Assembly: GCF_020745735.1 (NCBI RefSeq)
Contig: NC_083404.1
Span: 108,933,731 to 108,997,730, forward strand
Direction: 5' to 3'
DNA: 64,000 bases
Source of the DNA: Hemiscyllium ocellatum
Taxonomy: Eukaryota
The notes beneath the pieces are model-generated. The model was not told where the DNA came from, searched no databases, and saw only the letters and a program-made list of their open reading frames with translations. The position numbers were made by a program, and so were the translations under genes. Every line of letters begins with the position of its first letter. Position 1 is the first letter of the stretch. This document shows positions 1 to 13,742 of this stretch, piece after piece.

Positions 1-1529
1 CAAGGAGAGGGACAGATATATGTATGTCTGATGATACCATACTTGTTTCCATCTTTTCTATATTTAATTACAGAAAATTTCTGGTTATCCGTAATGGGCT
101 TTGAAATAGCAGTCTGATAACCTAGAGATAGAGAAGGACATAGGATAGTAGAATTTCAACTGAATTGATCCTAATTTTCTAGAATGCAATCCTACAAGCT
201 TCCCACTGTAACAAATGTGTTTTCAATAAGTTTGGTGTTCTGGTCGAAACAGCTCACACTCACAACCAAGAGGTACATTCTGGCCTTATTATGGAAGGTT
301 ATGAATAATGAAACACACTCTGCAATGGTACTCAACAGTCATTACTGAATTAATCAGCTGTTACACATCAATACTGTTTCTCCTTCCCATTCTGAAATCA
401 ATGAATAGAAAATTGGAAATGGTATATAACAAGTAGCAATCTAATTTCACACAATCGACAATCGCCAATAGTTAAAATTACCCCCAATGATGATGTTTTG
501 CATCCTACCAATGAAACAGGTATCACTTTATATAAATGAAGTATTAGGATTTGAGATTCATTCAGACAAGTACAATTTACAATCAAATGTTTTCTCATTA
601 TTGTGTAGTTACCTTGATGAGAGCTCTATCAGTTCTAAAAGGAAGGCAGAAAGAGATATCAGAGCTGAAAGATGAAATCAATGATTTCCATAGTTCTTTA
701 GTTCTACAGGATAAATACTTTCTCAGATAGCTTTTCTCACTTTTCAAGCTTCCACATGGGTCATCCATTGTGTAATTACACTGTCTGAAACAAAGGAAAA
801 AAGCCCTTAATGCCACCTAGATGCATTCTCATTAGAAAAAAAGAAGTTTGAACAAAATAGACCACAAGTATTGATAAAAGAAGACAAATTTTGTTGGAGC
901 TTTCTATCTTCCACTCAGCAGAACAATTCACAAGGGGAAAACCAACATTTAGACTGCAGTTATAACTAGGATTGAAAGGCTGCAATAGAAACATTTTGCT
1001 TGCACAACATCCACCTATGAGAACAAAGTGCCAACTGGTTGGTAAGTAGTCTCTAATTGGTAGAAGTATTGCCTTTTATGCATTAATGCTGATTGACAGT
1101 TAAGAGTTAGGCTTTCTTCAATGTTAAAATAGGCAGGTTGGCCTTGATTGGTCAGGCCATTGCCCTGAGAGATGAACCAGCAAATGGCTTTCGTCTATTA
1201 TGTTGAGTTAAAATGGGCTCAATGCATGCATATGTTTCTGCAAAGAACAGGCACCTATCAACTAATGTATATAGTTTCAAAAGTACAAGTACATGGAATA
1301 ATCTGTCAAGATGCCAATATTTTGTTCACATTGTGGGTGCAAACTGCAACTGGTGTTTGTTTCCTTTGTTTTCCTTTTTGCTGGCTGACAATAAAAGCTC
1401 ATGATTGGGCTTGTTTCAATTCTTGCCTTTATGTGATGCTCCCCTGCTGAGCAATGAAAAGAGGCAGTTGACCTCTTTGCAGAATTAGGGTGTTTGGCAA
1501 TGCAGAAATTCAAAGATTCTCAGACATCA

Positions 1530-1840
1530 TTTTCCTAACCAACGACCACTTCCATCTAGAAGGACAAGGGCAGCAGATGTATGGGAACACCATCCATCTT
1601 CAAGTTCCCCTCCAAGACACTCACCGTCCTGACTTGGACATATGTTACCTTTTCTTCACTGTTGTTGAGGCAAAATCCTGGAATTCCTTCCTTAATAGCA
1701 TTGTGGGTCAACCTACATCAGGTGGGCTACAGCTGTTCAAGAAGGCAGTTCACCAGCACCTTCTCAAGGGCACCTAGGGATGGGCAATAAATGCTGGTCA
1801 GCTAGCAACGGCCACATCCCACAAATGAGTAAATTAGAAA
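1530..1840 (+). mobile_element. LINE-type 3' tail repeat (…AGGGATGGGCAATAAATGCTGG… family)
   Basis: Repeated in the window at ~12650-12930 (-), 35170-35350 (-), 59960-60200 (+), 60505-60655 (+) and 63095-63250 (-). Confidence 0.7.
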
Positions 1841-3063
1841 AAGAGAGTATCAGAAACTCAAACAGCGTCTTCAGGCCGAATGTAGCTAACAACAGTTAAA
1901 ACGTGTAGTCTGGGTTTAAATAGCAGTGAGGGTAAAAGAATGGGATTATACGTGTGAGAATGTCAATCAGATCAGCTCTGTATTATGAGCTGCATGGTTT
2001 TGTGGCTGATCTGTCATTATGTTGCTGATGAGAGACAAGACCAGATTGAAAACTTTTGTCTGAGTGCACAATGGCCTCTCAAAGTTGATGCGGGCGTAAG
2101 GGATACTGGCCTTTCATCAGATACCCATTGAGAGGCAAGCTGTTGTGGTGCAACTGTAAAATAGGGATAGAATTGGACATCAGAGATGTGTGGGACAGGA
2201 TAGGAAGTTAATGAGGCCCATTTGGTACTGTACTATGAGAAATCACATCGGGATGCATGCCAAGTATCTTCCAGAAAACTTAACAGAACTTGCACTTAGC
2301 CAAAGAAAAAAGATTCAGCCCACAGTTTTGGATCATTGATCAGTTATCTCAACTGAAAACAAATTGAAATATAAGACTTTTTAAGCCAGTGGAAGTGACA
2401 GGGGGCAGGAAGCTCAGTAATAGAGTGGAGGCCAAGGGAGATTAAATAACAAAAGATTTCATGGTACAACAATTAAATGAGTGTATCTCAGAGAAAAAAA
2501 AACGTATGTGTCCAAATGAAGTGTGAATTGCTACATTAAATGATGTGAGTGCAACATGGTGGGACAAAGAAAAATTCCAGAGAAGACCAATTCAAGAAAA
2601 CAAGAAAAAGTATAAAGAATGCATACAATAAGATTCTGTGGTGTCACACACAGTCTGTGCATAGAAACAAGGATTTCTGGTTGAGTCCAAAACTGAATGC
2701 AATATTACTGAATTAGCTTTACTGTCCCATGGACTCCCATGGGTACAGTGAAAGGTTTACAAGTCACCACTTACTGTGCCACCTTAAGTACAAAGCTACC
2801 TGGATTCCTGAGGACAAATTCTGAGGGAAAAATATTAGAAAAATCAAAAAAAAGTTCAGAATAACAGTTCTTGCATGATAATATAATTTTAAAAAGGCAT
2901 TTTAAAAGAGACAATTTAAGACAAAGTCCACTTAGTCTATTCTTTGGCTCTCGGCTTCAGGACCCGGACCCCTCCCCCAGTTGGAATCGCAGACTGGCAA
3001 TATGCCAGGTATTATCTGAAAGAAAGGATCCACACCACCAAAGCATCTTTTATTCCATGTAAT

Positions 3064-3245
3064 AACTGAAAAAACTGTGGATGCTGGAAATCAGAGACAA
3101 AACCAGAAATTGCTGAAAAGATTCAGCAGATCTGGTGATGTGTGTGGAGAAAAAAATCAGAGTTTTGGGTCCAGTGACCCTTCCTTAGAATCCTCCACAG
3201 ATGCTGTCAGAGCTACTGAGTTTTTCCAGCAATTTTTGTTTTTGC
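3064..3245. mobile_element. Fold-back mini-element (second family)
   Basis: Arms aaattgctgaaaagattcagcagatctgg / ctgtcagagctactgagtttttccagcaattt around gggtccagtgacccttcc. Confidence 0.7.
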
Positions 3246-4353
3246 CCCTTTTTATTTCAATGCTTTTTCAGAGAAATATGCCCAGCACTTATTGACAGAA
3301 CATGAGTTAAGAAAACTGGAAAAGAGAAAAATTATTTATTGACTTCTGCTACAGATATATCTGGCTCTTGCTGGCCAGAAAGCGTGAAACTTTGAGCAGG
3401 TGCAGTTTTTTTCCGGTTACACAGGAGACGGAGATATTGTGAGCGTGACACTGATAAACAAATGGAAATGTACCAGAAACAACATAGGATTCTCATAGAC
3501 TGAAAGGACGGGTGTTGATAATAGTGTCACAGAACCATTCACGGGTGGGAGGGAAATCTCCTATTTTAAATGTTACAGCTTCTATTTGCCTCTTAACATT
3601 GAGGTTTTTCTCTGTTAAAATAGCTGCTTAATCTAGAAATTTATGTTGCTATAATGAGGTAATTAATTATTGATGAAGGCCCTCTAAGCCGATTAAATGT
3701 TGAGTTTTGCAAAATATTGATTTGGATGTGCATAAAATTGTATGAGAGGTGAATGGGTGGCCATGTATGTGTGGTATTTATAGTGTATGAAAGTTCAACA
3801 ACTGAAGCATTCCGTTCAACGTTTCTTGTTTCCCGGTTAACAGATACCCAGGTTTTTGTGGCCTTGGGAAATGAATCAGTAAGCAAAATTATCTGGGATA
3901 AAAACAAGTTGTTGGAAACAGTGGGCAAGTCAGACGTCTGGGGAGTGAGAAAATTGGAATCAAGGTTCTAGATCAAATGCCTTTTGCTAGAATTTGTAAG
4001 TGAGTGGATACAATATGTGGAGTTTATAACTGTGTGTATTTGCTTGTGTAGAGAGTAGGGCTGGTACTACAACATAGATGGATACTGCAGATGTATTGAC
4101 CAGGGCTAGCTTTTGGAAATTTGGTTGCTTTTTATTTGCCTCTAAGAGAGAAGCAGGGATATTGGAGGAATGCAAAATGTGGGAACTAAATCTAAATAAA
4201 CTGAAATGAGAAAAAAATGAAGTTAGCTCTATCAAAAGATCAATGGTCAGATGCTGACCTTATCATTAGAAAATCACTGGACCGCCTCTAAATGTTTTCT
4301 GTGCTTTCAAAGAGTTACGTGTGTTTGCAACTCAGCGGATAACATATAACATC

Positions 4354-4666
4354 ATTAGATTAGATTACTTACAGTGTGGAAACAGGCCCTTCGGCCCAAC
4401 AAGTCCACACCAACCCGCCAAAGCGCAACCCACCCATACCCCTACATTACCCCTTTGCCTAACAATACAGGCAATTTAACATAGCCAATTCACCTAACCT
4501 GCACATCTTTGGACTGTGGAAGGAAACCGGAGCGCCCGGAGGAAACCCACGCAGACACAGGGAGAACGTGCAAACTCCACACAGTCAGTCACCTGAGGTG
4601 GGAAATGAACCCAGGTCTCTGGCGCTGTGAGGCAGCGGTGCTAACCACTGTGCCACCGTGCCGTCC
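4354..4666 (-). mobile_element. HE1-like V-SINE (tRNA-derived), young, (AATCT)n tail
   Basis: Head GGCACGGTGGCACAGTGGTTAGCAC with A/B boxes; V-domain TGTGTGGAGTTTGCACGTTCTCCC...GGTTTCC; tail gtaagtaatctaatct. Confidence 0.9.
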
Positions 4667-4968
4667 ACATAGAATCCATACAGTGTGGAAAAAAGGCCAA
4701 TCAGCCCATACCAATCCTCCAAACAGCATCTCACCTAGACCTACCCTATCCCTGCATTTGCCATAGCTAATCCACCAAGACATATCTCTGGACACTATTG
4801 GCAATTTAGTGTGGTCAATCTACCTAGCACACATATCTTTGGATAGTTGGGAAGAAACCCACACAGACACAAGGAGAATATACAAATTCCACAGAGGCAG
4901 TCACCCAGGGCTTGAATTGAACCCAGGTCCCTAGCACTGTGAGGCAGCAGTACTAGCCACTGTGCCAC
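4667..4968 (-). mobile_element. HE1-like V-SINE, older subfamily
   Basis: Same head and V-domain, more diverged; (ATTCTATG) tail. Confidence 0.85.
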
Positions 4969-5092
4969 TCACAATGTACTAACTGGTATGTTTGGTTGAA
5001 GATCTGATTTAAAACAGACGCAGGATCTTCGTTCTGTGAGGGACCACTTGTCAGCAAATCTAAGCATAGTTGATCACAATGTGGTCACATTC

Positions 5093-5682
5093 TGTTGTGT
5101 ATGTTTTATACTGTTCATTAGATGATACAAAAGCTGCAAGGAAATAGTTTGCAGGAGCAACCTGAATAAGTTGATTTGAGGTCAAGATTCACTAAAACCA
5201 AGGGATAATCCTCTTTCTAGAGAAAACAAGCAGTGTCTTAGTGAATAAAAGATTAACTGATCATGGTAGATGGCATACCTATGATGTTTGCCAGTGGTCA
5301 AATTGATCAGTCCCTGAAGATGAGGCACTCTATCGTCATTTGATCACGCTTGTGTAGAAAAGAGAATGTGCATCAGAGCAATAATGAGGTAACTCAGGAA
5401 TGGGGGGGGGAGGAGGAGGTATCTGATCAAGAACTGGAGTTTGGGACAGAACAAGGTGATCGTCTGTGACCCTCAGACAAATCCATGTAAATTGGGTCAC
5501 TTGCAATAGGAAACACTGTGTGAGTAAGCTTGTGATGTAATATTGCTATTGCGGTATTTGGTAGAGTAACTTGTTTTAATAAAGAACCACAGGGTATTTC
5601 TCTTTGTTGGGATTACCTTAGTTTATTAATATACAGAATAAACCTGATGGACCAGTGAAAGGAGAATTAAAAGCCTACAACA
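5093..5682 (+). mobile_element. Possible solo LTR
   Basis: TGTTGT...ACAACA termini and AATAAA at 5578; no clear TSD. Confidence 0.3.
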
Positions 5683-6026
5683 CGAATTGCAAAGTTACTG
5701 TTCACCAGCTGGTGGCACTACTGGTCTTTGAACATTTACTTCATTAAAAATGAGCTGAATCCTCAGAGAAATAGCAATCACTGTCAGTTTCCATTTCATT
5801 CCTAATTTCGTACCTTATGATAGTACTCCTCCATTCTAATCATCGGGTAAACAGAGGATCTGAGCCAATGGTTTATTTTAAACTGCGTGTGATATATCTG
5901 TTATTTGGACCGCTGTAGATATGCACAGAATGGAAGCTTAATTGGAAATGAAGGAGGCTTTTCTGCCCACCTGCCTCAGACTTTGAGAACAAAGGCCAAC
6001 TAATTTGTGATTAAACATGTTGTTAG

Positions 6027-6750
6027 TTTTATGGCAACTTTTACAACAAAGGGTAAACTCTCCTGCTTAATTTAAACCAGCAACACAGAAAAGATTTATC
6101 CCGTGCAGTAATCTGTTAAAATTTGAGAAAACAAGAACTATTTAAAGTAAAAATTAACAATTTTATTTCTTCAAGTAGAATAATTAATTTACAACTCCTT
6201 CCACTAATAGAGTTATAGTCATAGAGATGTACAGCCCTTCAGTCCAATCACCTTCCCTTCTATAATATTAATCCAATAAAACCTCCGATTAAAGTTTACC
6301 AAAAATTCAAATTTTCAAAACCAGCTAGATGTTGAATCTTCTATCTTCCTAGGTCTTCTTTTCTTCTTCTGAGGGATTTCTGATTTACAGGTTACTGACC
6401 TTTAAGAGAGCTATTTCTCCAGGCAGTCTGCAGATGCTGGTGGTTTGACAGTTCTCCCAACTGTTCAATATTCCCCAGTTTTATACGTCCAAAGCATCAG
6501 ATTGTGTCATTGGCTTTTAAGATTGTCAATATACTAAATTCAAACTTGATTGGTGTTTGGTATTTTTTGGGATATTATTTAAAGTGATTGGCCTAATTCA
6601 AATCTGTTTTGGTATTTCCAGGCAACTAGCTACTCTAGATACTGGACAAAAAGGTTACACTAAATCTTGTTCAGAACATTTGGTGCCGTCAGGTAGTTCT
6701 GCAAGCTTTTAGCTCTCTTAAAGGTACAGTACACTCACATCTTCATAACA
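6027..6750 (-). mobile_element. Probable solo LTR
   Basis: The minus strand starts TGTTATG at 6750, then three CCAAT boxes (~6590, 6550, 6510), TATAAAA (~6480) and AATAAA (~6163) in U3-R-U5 order; the 3' boundary is approximate. Confidence 0.5.
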
Positions 6751-6764
6751 CAAGTAACTAAAAA

Positions 6765-7120
6765 AGAATCATAGAATCCCTGCAGTGTGGAAACAGGCTC
6801 TTTGGCCCAACAATCCACACCGACCCTTCAAAGAGTAACCCACCCCAGACCCATTCCCCTACCCTAATATCCTATATTTACCCCTGACTAATGCACCTAA
6901 CCTACATATCCCTGAACACTATGGTCAATTTAGCATGGCCAATTCTCCTAAACTGTACAGCTTTGGAATGTGGGATGAAACCAGAGCACCCCAAGGAAAC
7001 CCATGCAGACATGGGGAGAATGTGCAAACTCCACACTGACAGTGACCCGAGGCTTGAATCAAACCCAGATCCCTGGTGTCGTGAGACAGCAGTGCTAACC
7101 ACTGAGCCATCGTGCCACCC
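6765..7120 (-). mobile_element. HE1-like V-SINE
   Basis: Full head, V-domain and gattctatgattct tail. Confidence 0.9.
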
Positions 7121-7273
7121 AAAGGTTTGAAAGTGCATCTTAAAGGAGGAAAGAGCAGAAGAGAGAGACAAAGAGGTTTAGGGATAGAATTTCAGAGCTG
7201 AGGGCCTCAGCAGTTGAAATCAGATTTCAATGCAGGTGAATTTGACTTTTAATCTGACGAACAGTTTGGCCCT

Positions 7274-7537
7274 ACAGATTCAATCAATAAGCACATCGAC
7301 CTGGACCCAACATACCGACCACTGCAGCGGACAGCTGGAACTGACAACCAGAAGCGGCAGATTCAAACCACTACAATTGCCAGAGGAAAGATCACAGAAG
7401 CGCTTCACAGGAGGCTCCCAAGTACTGAGGATTTCACCCAGACAGAGGACAAAACATCTGCAACACAAATTCTCAGCTCGGTGAACAGAACCACAACAAC
7501 GAGCACCCAAGCTACAAATCGTCTCCCAAACTTTGAA
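7274..7537 (+). mobile_element. Penelope-like retroelement 3' end (ORF C-terminus plus pseudo-LTR with decayed hammerhead motif)
   Basis: The frame from 7274 reads TDSINKHIDLDPTYRPL, as recalled for the C-terminus of Penelope GIY-YIG ORFs, followed by CTGAGGA(7425)...GGAC-AAAA-CATC (CpG-decayed cGAAAcGTC). Confidence 0.65.
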
Positions 7538-9459
7538 TATAGTCCGGGGTTGGAGTTAGATTGGGTTGGTGTGGCAGACTCATCCCCCATTGAATATTAC
7601 TGTATCATTAGAGTTCTGATGTCAGACAAGATTTATCATGGTTGTATTTTGATTTTAAACTGCATCCAGTTTCTAAACTTGGCAGTGTGGAATTTCAACC
7701 AACAATAATCAAGTTTGGGACCATAACCACTCTGAAAGTTCCTAGATCTTCTAATTAATACAACTCCTAGGAGGGCTACTTGGACACTAACTGCCCAATA
7801 AACAGCAGATGCCATGGATTTGGATCCTAGTTCAAACAAATCCTGGGGTCCCCTCTTGTGGTGCAATGGTATTGTCCCTACCTTTGGACTGGAAAGCAGA
7901 GTTCAGGTCCCATCTGTTCTAAAGGTGTGAATAGGTTGATTTGGAAAAATAGGTTAGGTAATAAAAAAAATTCCTGAGACTTCTGTAAAGAATTGAAAAT
8001 CAAAATGGACTGTAGCTAGCACGTCCTTGTGATAGTGACAATGCCAGGTATTTGACAATGTTGCACTCAAGAGGCAATGGTAAATTTGAAATGGTAGATA
8101 TTCAGGATACATTGAGGAGAGATTTATTGATAAGTAGGAGACAATATGTACTCATTTGAGGAGCTGTGTTAGGGAGTGGTATATTGAATGTGTTCCAGGG
8201 TTTGGTATTTGCACCACTTTTGTTTCTAATGTACAAAAGTGAGTAATTTAAACCAAATGGTCAAATTTATAAATTTAATATTTTGAGGCCGTTCAAAAAT
8301 CATGAAAACTTTTGCTAGAATATACAAGAGCAGATGAAATATCCTCTTGCCTTTGTAGTAATTTATCTTCTTACTGTCTCCGGCTTTATTCACTCTCACT
8401 CTCAGTAATTTAACCTTCTTCCTGAGTCCTGCTTTCCTCTTGTGTTCTTGAACACTCCCATCCTCTGTCAATTATTCCTTAGCAATTTTCTCTTAACAAT
8501 TTATATGATCACTGACTCTGGTTATTACTTTCTTATGCTGAATCACAATATTTTAAAATCCCAGAACAATCCATATCTGTTCTCAGGCAATGCATGACAA
8601 GTTACAACAAGCTCAGCCAGATGGTATCATTTTCTTTGTACCACTTACTATAACTAATTTGAATTTAAACATATACTTGTAACATATGAGTTTAATAGAA
8701 GCAGAGGTTAAAAGTTAATATTGTTGCATAAGTTTCAATGTCTGCTTCTTTGAAAATCTCCAACATTTAAAATAAAATCCATTTAGCTATGTACTTAAAC
8801 AGGGTATGATAGCCATCTGCCATGACACTAGGCTAACCAAGCCTGAAGTTAAGAGTTTATGTTCTATCAAAGTTGTGAAATTGAATTCAACAACATGGTA
8901 ATTTATAGGTTAGCAGCAGAAGTGATATAAAAGCTGTCAGTTTGCTGGTAATAGTCACTCGTGCCCTTTGGGGAAGGGAGTCTACTATTCCTACCTGATC
9001 TTACCTAGTACAAAGGCCTCAAATCCCATAACACGCATGTGACCTTTCTGTCAAGATAGTTGGGAATTAGGCAATAAATACAGTTTGCTGTGCACAGTTG
9101 TTGAAAAAAAGACATACTAATTATATACTATATATTAGCTGCATTCCAAAAGCAACATAATCAGTGTATAATATTACATCATTCTTTCAAAATGTTTTCA
9201 TACGGCTCTTGGTATAAAATATCTATCATTATTCACTTAAAGTAATAATGTGTTATAGGGCCATTAATTAACTTTTTTTAAAAATTCTCACTTTGTTAGC
9301 AGAATAATAAGTCAGTCCAGTTTCACAAGCAATATTTTCAATTTAAAAAAAACATTAGTCTTGAAGTGTGAAAAAGTGATCTTTGTGAAAGTGGTGATGA
9401 GCCACCTTTTCCAATAATAACAATGTATATTTATAAAGCAGGTAAGAAAATATCTGAAG

Positions 9460-10500
9460 ATGCCATGAACATATGAACAAAGAGCACCAGTGAGCCATTC
9501 AGCCACTCAGACTGGCTCTGCCATTTCATAAGAACATAACTGTTTCAATTTAAGATTAAATTCACATTCTTGTTTACCCTGATAACTTTTCACCATTTTA
9601 CTTACATCTGCCTTTGTTAACTACCATTTGCCTACTTAATTTATAGCTGCACTTGCCTGTTTACTTTCATTGACTGGTGTACAAAGACATCCAGATCTGT
9701 TTACATATCCTCATTTCCCAATGTATCACCATTTAAATAGTACTCTGCCTTTCTATGTTTCATGCTGAAGTGGATGACTTCACATTCATCCATGTTACAT
9801 TGCATCTGCCATGCGTTTGCCAACACATTCAACTTGTCTAGATTGCCCTGAAACCTTCTTGCATCCTCCTCACCACTCACAATCTCACCTGTTCTGTGTC
9901 ATCAGTACATGGCACCTTAACAAATGCCTTCTGGAAATTCAAATACACTACAATTAATGATTCCTTTTTTTTCAACTTTGTTTATTACATCTTCAAAGAA
10001 CTGCAGAAAAATTGTCAAACATAGTCTCTCCTTTCACAAATCTATGTTGATTGTGATTGTGCTAAGTTTCCTGAATGTTCTGAGATTTCTCCCTTAAGAA
10101 TGGGCACTGACATTTTCTCAATTACCGATGTGGGGGGACCTGACCTACAGTTTCCTGCTTTTAGGTCTCCTCCTTTTTGATCACATTAGCAATTTTCAAT
10201 CTGCTGGTATCTTCCTGGAACCCAGACAGTTCTGGAATATTTTGTTTAATGCTTTCACCATTGCTGTAGACACTTCTTTTAAAACCCTTGGATGCAGGAT
10301 GTCAGCTACTGGCTTATCTGCAGCAAAAACAAAGAATGCTGGAGAAATTCAGCAGATCAGACAGCATCTGTGGAGAGATGAACAGTCAATGTATGACTCT
10401 ACTTCAGAACCCGCTTTCAAAAGTGCTAATTTATCAAATACTTCATCTCTTGTGAAAAAGACTGTATTGGACCTTTCCCCTAATTAGTATCTTCCTTATC
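9460..10500 (-). mobile_element. Old CR1-type LINE fragments (mosaic)
   Basis: Degenerate matches to the CR1 3' end (gagccattcagccactc) and RT segments (aaatgccttctggaaattcaaatacac). Confidence 0.6.
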
Positions 10501-10984
10501 TGATAAGGTAAAGTCACAATACTCTTACCAGACTATAAAGCTGCTCTTTCAATTTACAGAGAGACCACTGATAGTGGTTTAGTCTGAGAGTCCTTCCTGA
10601 TAACCTTGGACGGTGCAAGAAATGAACCCATGCTATTGGCATCAGTCTACAATGCCCTTACATATTCCTGGTCACTCTATAACCATTTCTCCACAACAGC
10701 TATCAAGCCATATACATCTACTTCTATTTATACACTCAACTCATTATCTTGTCACAAATGCCACATGCATTCAGATAAGGGGCGTTCAGCTTTGACATTT
10801 TACCGTTATTAATCATTCTGGTTCTAATTTCCGCTGTATCTGTTTGTATTATCTGTTTCATTATGATTAACATTCACACTTCACTATCCTGCACCTCTGC
10901 TTGTTTTTCTCAATGCCCCTTTCATTGAAGGATTAGGCCTTTCTTTACTACCTTCTCTACCTACACTGCCACCTTCAGTGATCT

Positions 10985-11830
10985 ATGGCCCTGCCCATCC
11001 AGATCGCTCTGCACATCAATACTTCTAATGGTTCTGCCATTCACTGTATAATTTATACCTGTATTTGGCCTTCCAAATGCAGCATCTCACATTTGTCTAG
11101 ATTAAATTCCATCTGCCATTTTTCTGCCCATGCCTGCACTTGATCTATATCCTGCTGTACCTCCTGACAATCCTCTTCACTATCTGCAACTCCACCAATC
11201 TTTGTATCATCCACAAATCCACTAATGGACTAGCCATGTTTTCCTCCAAATCATTTATGTAGTTCACAAATGGCAGAGGTCCCAGCATTGATGCCTGTCG
11301 AACACTATTAGTCACAGCCCTTCATTCCAAAAAGCATCCTTCCAGTTACCTCTGTCTCCTATGATAAGCCAGTTCAGTATCCATCTTGCCAGATCACCAT
11401 GATAACATGTGACTTCACCTTTTGTACCAGTCTGCCATGAGGCATCTTGTCAAAGGCTTTACCGAACTCTATGTAGACAACATCAACTGCCTTTCCCTCA
11501 TTAATCATCTTTATCATCTCCTCAAAAGCCCAATCAAATAAATCTGGCACGACCTCCCCCGCACAAAACCATACTGTTTATTGCTGATCAGTCTCCTTGC
11601 TTCTAAACGTGTACAGATCTTTTTCCTGAGAATCTTTTCCAATAATTTCATACCACTGACATGAGGCTCACAGGCCTGTAATTTCCAGGAGTACCCTGCT
11701 ACCCTTCTTAAAGAATGGGACAACATTAACTATTCTCCAGAATTCTGGGACCTCAGTTGTGGCCAAAGAGGTTACAAAAATGTGCTCCAGCAATTTGTTC
11801 TCTTGCACCCCTCAATATCTTGGGATCCAT
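10985..11830 (-). mobile_element. CR1-clade LINE RT fragment, decayed
   Basis: QYGFVRGRSC in ORF 11514-11726; the sequence parallels the 56829 copy in reverse. Confidence 0.8.
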
Positions 11831-13742
11831 TGTGATCAAAACCGTGAACATAATGGGTTAACCTCAGACTCTTACTGATAAGCTGATTGTTGAGGTTGGA
11901 GTTTGGAAAGGAGAGCAAAAAATGATAGCTGTGTCTTTTCGATGTTGAATTGGAGAATATTTCTGATGCCGTTATTGGATACTAGATAAGTAGCCCAACA
12001 ATTTAGCAAAGATAGAAAAGTCAAGACAGGGGTGGTGGTCAGGCAAGATCTGGGTGTTGTCAGTGTACATATGGAAATTTACACAGTACCTTTGGAAGCT
12101 GCTATTGAAAATAAAAGTTGGCCAATGTCTGGGCAGGAAGAGAACACCTTTCAAGTGATTCTCTGGTATTCTGAGATAGAAACATGGAACTAGATGAGAA
12201 TAGGCTCACCCAGCTGGACAACAAATGATTTCTTGCAACTAAGCAGTAGACTATTCCAGTAGGTTAGGATTCAACTACATTAGCGTGGGGTTGGAGCAAC
12301 ATACACATATTTGGATTCCAAGGTCTGAAATTCATTCAATTTATTCTGTTAAGTCCAATTTCAAAGATTGGAAAAATTAAAGTTAAGGCAAAAAGTCTGC
12401 TGCCGATTTTGGAAATACAGACAAACAAAATCAGAGAAGATTCACCGAATCCAGGTGAGAAGCTTCAATATGGGCACCAGTCGATGGTGGTGAGGATAAC
12501 TTTTCAGAGTTGATGTTGGGATTAACCAACTCATGCATTGCATTATTTGTTTTTGATGGTCCATTTGATGTTTTGCTTGGGATTTATAACTGCCTGGCTT
12601 CAGAAACCATTAAGTGACAACCATATATTTTGGCACTGGAGATTTTCTTATTCCTCTTTCATGGAATGTAGATTTATTACCCATACTTAATTGACCTGAA
12701 GAAGATGATGGTGAGCTGCCTTCTTGAACCACTGCAGTCCATGTGGTGTAAGTAAAACCTTAGCGTTATTAGCAGATTCCAAGTCAGGATGTTGTGTGGG
12801 TTGGAGGAGCACTGACAGAGGATAGTATTCCCCTGCATCAGCTACCCTCACCCTTCTGAGAATAGAGGTTGCAAGGTAGGGTTGAAGGATCTTTGATGAG
12901 TTAATGCGATTCATGTTAGAGATGGGACACACCCTGTATAGGTTGCTTGCAAATCAGAACAGAAATTAATGACAGGCTTCCTGTCCCATTAAACCAGATA
13001 CTCAACCAGTACCACAACCATGGCATTGCCTGTATTCAGTTAGTTATATTAAATCCAGACTTACCTTTTGAAATTATGTTACTTAATTTGTCTCTTTTAA
13101 GCAGCCCCTTGGGATTGAGGTTGACTTGAATCCATTCAGACTCAATAGTTCTAAGATTGCTGATAATTCCAACATGATATCAAATTCTGCTACATGTAGA
13201 GCAGGTAATGCTTTTTTGAGTTGGATAGATGGGTCATTTGAAAGTTTGTGTGCTCCTCCAATGCTTTGTCTTCATTCCTGCACATTTCCAATGAAGTCAC
13301 TTTGCTGTCTCAAATGAACTTTATTCAGTTTGGTCACTCACAAATTAGGCTTCTCATGACTTGGAAGGATGTTGACCTTTTCAGGTTTTGAAGAAATGCC
13401 TGAAATGTTTCTGCTTTGCTCACAAGACTCCTCCTGAGTGGAAAACCTGCTTCATGTGTCTGACATCACGTGTTGTGAATGACATATTCTGGTTTTCAAT
13501 GATTAGCATTCCTGTTGAGCAGCTTACTTAGGGAGAAGACACTAAGGTGATTCCACACTCTTGCCACTGGATTTTGAGGGTCTTACAAAGACTGCTATTA
13601 CTTCTCCATACCTGGGATACCTGAAGGACATAGGAACACGGGAATTATTACTACAATTAAAGCACAACCTCAGTTTTATAGTTAAGATCCAGTGCTCCAG
13701 TATGATTTTCCTCAGTCAGCTGGAGGTAACTATGAATTCTGC

